IMG/VR virus record: IMGVR_UViG_3300008451_000399
Location: 1-64,000 of that record
Direction: 5' to 3' (one strand)
Origin: a virus
DNA: 64,000 nucleotides
The notes below the pieces were generated by a model that was given only the letters and a program-made list of their open reading frames with translations, did not search any database and was not told the origin of the DNA. A program made the translations under genes and the position numbers. Numbering within the stretch: position 1 is the first letter of the stretch; every line of letters starts with the position of its first letter. Shown here piece by piece: positions 63,403 to 64,000 of this stretch.

Positions 63403-63618
63403 TCAACAAACGTACCAATATCCAATTCCAACATCGTCAAGAACATGTTCATCACTGAATAAGAAATCTTCAGCTTCATCTCCTAGTTCATTTACAGACC
63501 TGACTTCTATGAAGCTACCTCCGTAAGTGTCTCGCACAGATTTTGTTGACAACATTTCATATACGTAATATTTCTTGAAGCCCATATTCAATAATCCCCC
63601 CATCGTTCTACATGCCAT
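63403..63618 (-). CDS. hypothetical protein
   Basis: ORF; likely start at MGFKK. Confidence 0.45.
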   Translation of the reverse strand: MACRTMGGLLNMGFKKYYVYEMLSTKSVRDTYGGSFIEVRSVNELGDEAEDFLFSDEHVLDDVGIGYWYVC

Positions 63619-63980
63619 CGGTGATATACTCCAATAGGTTCCTTCAGTGTTTTAGCAGTCCTTAACTTGCTTCGCAAATATGCATAAACATCGTTATCCA
63701 CAATATCCGCTAAAAATAAGTGTGTAATTTGCATTCCACCCCACTTACCGCAACATTCATGATGATTTATTGGAGTAATTCCAAACACTATTGTACCAAG
63801 ACTTTTATAAATACCTTCACACTTATTAGTCATATTAGATTTTATTTTTACATACGCTTCCACATTATGCACAAGAAATAGTATATAAGCATTCTCATCA
63901 TTGTCTACAATACTCTTCGCGTATTCTAACATCTCTTCAGTTGTTTTCATAAACTCAATTCTCCCGATCATCATAGACAT
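63588..63980 (-). CDS. hypothetical protein
   Basis: 130-aa ORF; likely start at MKTTE with GGGAGA RBS. Confidence 0.55.
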   Translation of the reverse strand: MSMMIGRIEFMKTTEEMLEYAKSIVDNDENAYILFLVHNVEAYVKIKSNMTNKCEGIYKSLGTIVFGITPINHHECCGKWGGMQITHLFLADIVDNDVYAYLRSKLRTAKTLKEPIGVYHRWHVERWGDY

Positions 63981-64000
63981 CTTCCAGATTGCAACCCGAC

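Noticed and set aside
1-64000. CRISPR array, diversity-generating retroelement, retron, integrase or transposase
   Set aside because: No regularly spaced repeats and no reverse transcriptase, recombinase or transposase motifs were seen by eye.

Overview
The window is an AT-rich segment of a lytic, long-tailed (siphovirus-type) dsDNA phage genome, probably infecting a Gram-negative host (a betaproteobacterial host such as Oxalobacteraceae is an inference). The + strand from about 10.6 to 37.9 kb carries packaging, head, neck, tail and lysis genes. The - strand (0-10.4 kb and 38-64 kb) carries T7-like replication genes (primase-helicase, family A polymerase, SSB, exonuclease), nrdAB plus glutaredoxin, PhoH, ClpP, two tRNAs, counter-defence and nucleotide genes (Acb2, NADAR, HD, MazG-like, DUF5664-like, nucleotidyltransferase) and many small ORFs. 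Six free-standing homing endonuclease genes are spread over both strands. Main highlights: (1) a ~520-nt highly structured non-coding region between terS and terL, whose central hairpin displays three unpaired anti-Shine-Dalgarno motifs (UCUCCU/CCUCCU), in a genome where most early/middle genes use AGGAGA ribosome-binding sites and most virion genes use AAGGA(A/U/C); (2) a 243-nt ORF-less group I intron splitting polymerase motif C (H^DE); (3) a non-canonical CX12CX2C radical SAM gene paired with an FETNSSS-motif protein. All protein-family assignments come from motif recognition by eye; no database search was run.
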